Below, piece after piece: positions 62,799-64,000 of a DNA stretch of 64,000 nt. Position 1 is the first letter of the stretch. The number at the start of each line of letters is the position of its first letter. Source of the DNA: Haliotis rubra. Taxonomy: Eukaryota. The notes beneath the pieces are model-generated. The model ran no database searches. It saw only the letters and a program-made list of their open reading frames with translations, and was not told the origin of the DNA. The DNA lies in assembly GCF_003918875.1 (NCBI RefSeq), contig NW_025765181.1, positions 806,001-870,000 of the forward strand, given 5' to 3'. The position numbers and the translations under genes are program-made.

Positions 62799-64000
62799 AA
62801 CTGGGATGAAAATCTAACATTTATATTACTTTTGCCTAAGATGATAAAAGGTGGTTGTTTGATCATGAGGCAGGCATCGATGAAAGTCTAATATTTGATC
62901 TACTATGCATGGCCTCACAGTGACAGTATCAACACCATAAGCTTCAAGTCACTGATATTATCCTATAAAGGACAGAAGAAACAACACACAGTCTTTATGT
63001 TTGTACTGAAGATTATACACCATCAAACCGGTGACCTCTGGCCGACTTATGTGACTATGAATACTCTCGTAAAGAAGACACACAACTACCTGAGGGTTAT
63101 AGCTAAACTGATACCTCTTCATATGCAACATAACATTAGTAATATTTAAATCTGATTAAATTCTATCATTTCAATAGCATAAAATGGACAATTATTTCAA
63201 TTTTGAAAATATACATCAAATTCAAAACTCACAAAACTTTCTAATCCTACGTATTCTTATAAGTTGTAAAATCAAAATGTTGCTAAATGCAATAAATCCG
63301 ATGTTGGTATCCTGGAGAATGTATGGTACACTGTATATTTCACTACATAATTCTATTTATTTTAGTTTTTCAGACTTGTCTATATTTGAGGCCTACTCTT
63401 TTTAGGTCAGCCTTTAATACTTTCGGAAGAAGCAAAATGATACAGGCTTAGTCAGTAACTTCATGTATATAGATATGTCAACAATCAATATGTAAATACA
63501 ACAGAACCTACAGCACTGCCTTATCAGAAGCTTGACACCCCACACCTTCCTCTGTCAGTGCCTGCCATTTATAGAGGAAATGTATATTGTCTTCTAAAGA
63601 TGAATTTTAGAAATTTGTAAATTACAGATAATTTTGAAAGTAATTATTATTATAGTAACTATTACCACTATTACTCAGCCCTGTCATAATGGTGTTACGT
63701 CCCTTACCTTGGCTGGTAGAAAACTTGAAATACAGTTGATTTCATGTGACAAAACTGACTTAATTCTCTTCATTAAAAATGCATACATCTTGATAAAAGA
63801 AAACTGAATAGAGATCATATCTTTCAAATGTTTCTTTACCACAGGAATAACACACATTAATGAAATATTTGGGATTAACTTCTATGAAAGTTTACAAATG
63901 AGAGAATTCACTCACAATATGTCACAAACCCCTGCAGTTAGAGTCAATATGTAGCACCTCTTGCAAAGCAGGGAACTCTGGCGTCGAGAGTCATTTCTTA

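Overview
AT-rich metazoan genomic DNA. The SINE families resemble those I recall from gastropod molluscs such as abalone, but that is inference only. Bases 1-39233 hold one large spliced gene on the minus strand. I could trace 23 coding exons by splice signals and phase matching, about 3,480 aa, with both ends unresolved. The product is a giant coiled coil, including a 4.8-kb exon, followed by a RIM-binding-protein-type SH3 domain. The reading frame breaks twice (about 33410 and about 770), most likely through missing bases in the assembly. The introns and the 39-64 kb region contain tRNA-derived SINEs (several with clear TSDs), MITEs (PIF/Harbinger-, Tc1/mariner- and hAT-like) and many minisatellites. 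The most unusual theme is repeats built from this gene's own splice sites. About 45 copies of a 43-bp unit each carry branch point plus 3' splice site, a SINE target-site duplication copies a 5' splice site, and a donor is expanded into (GAGT)n. RFX X-box motifs, a GC-AG intron and decayed hammerhead-like motifs are also present.
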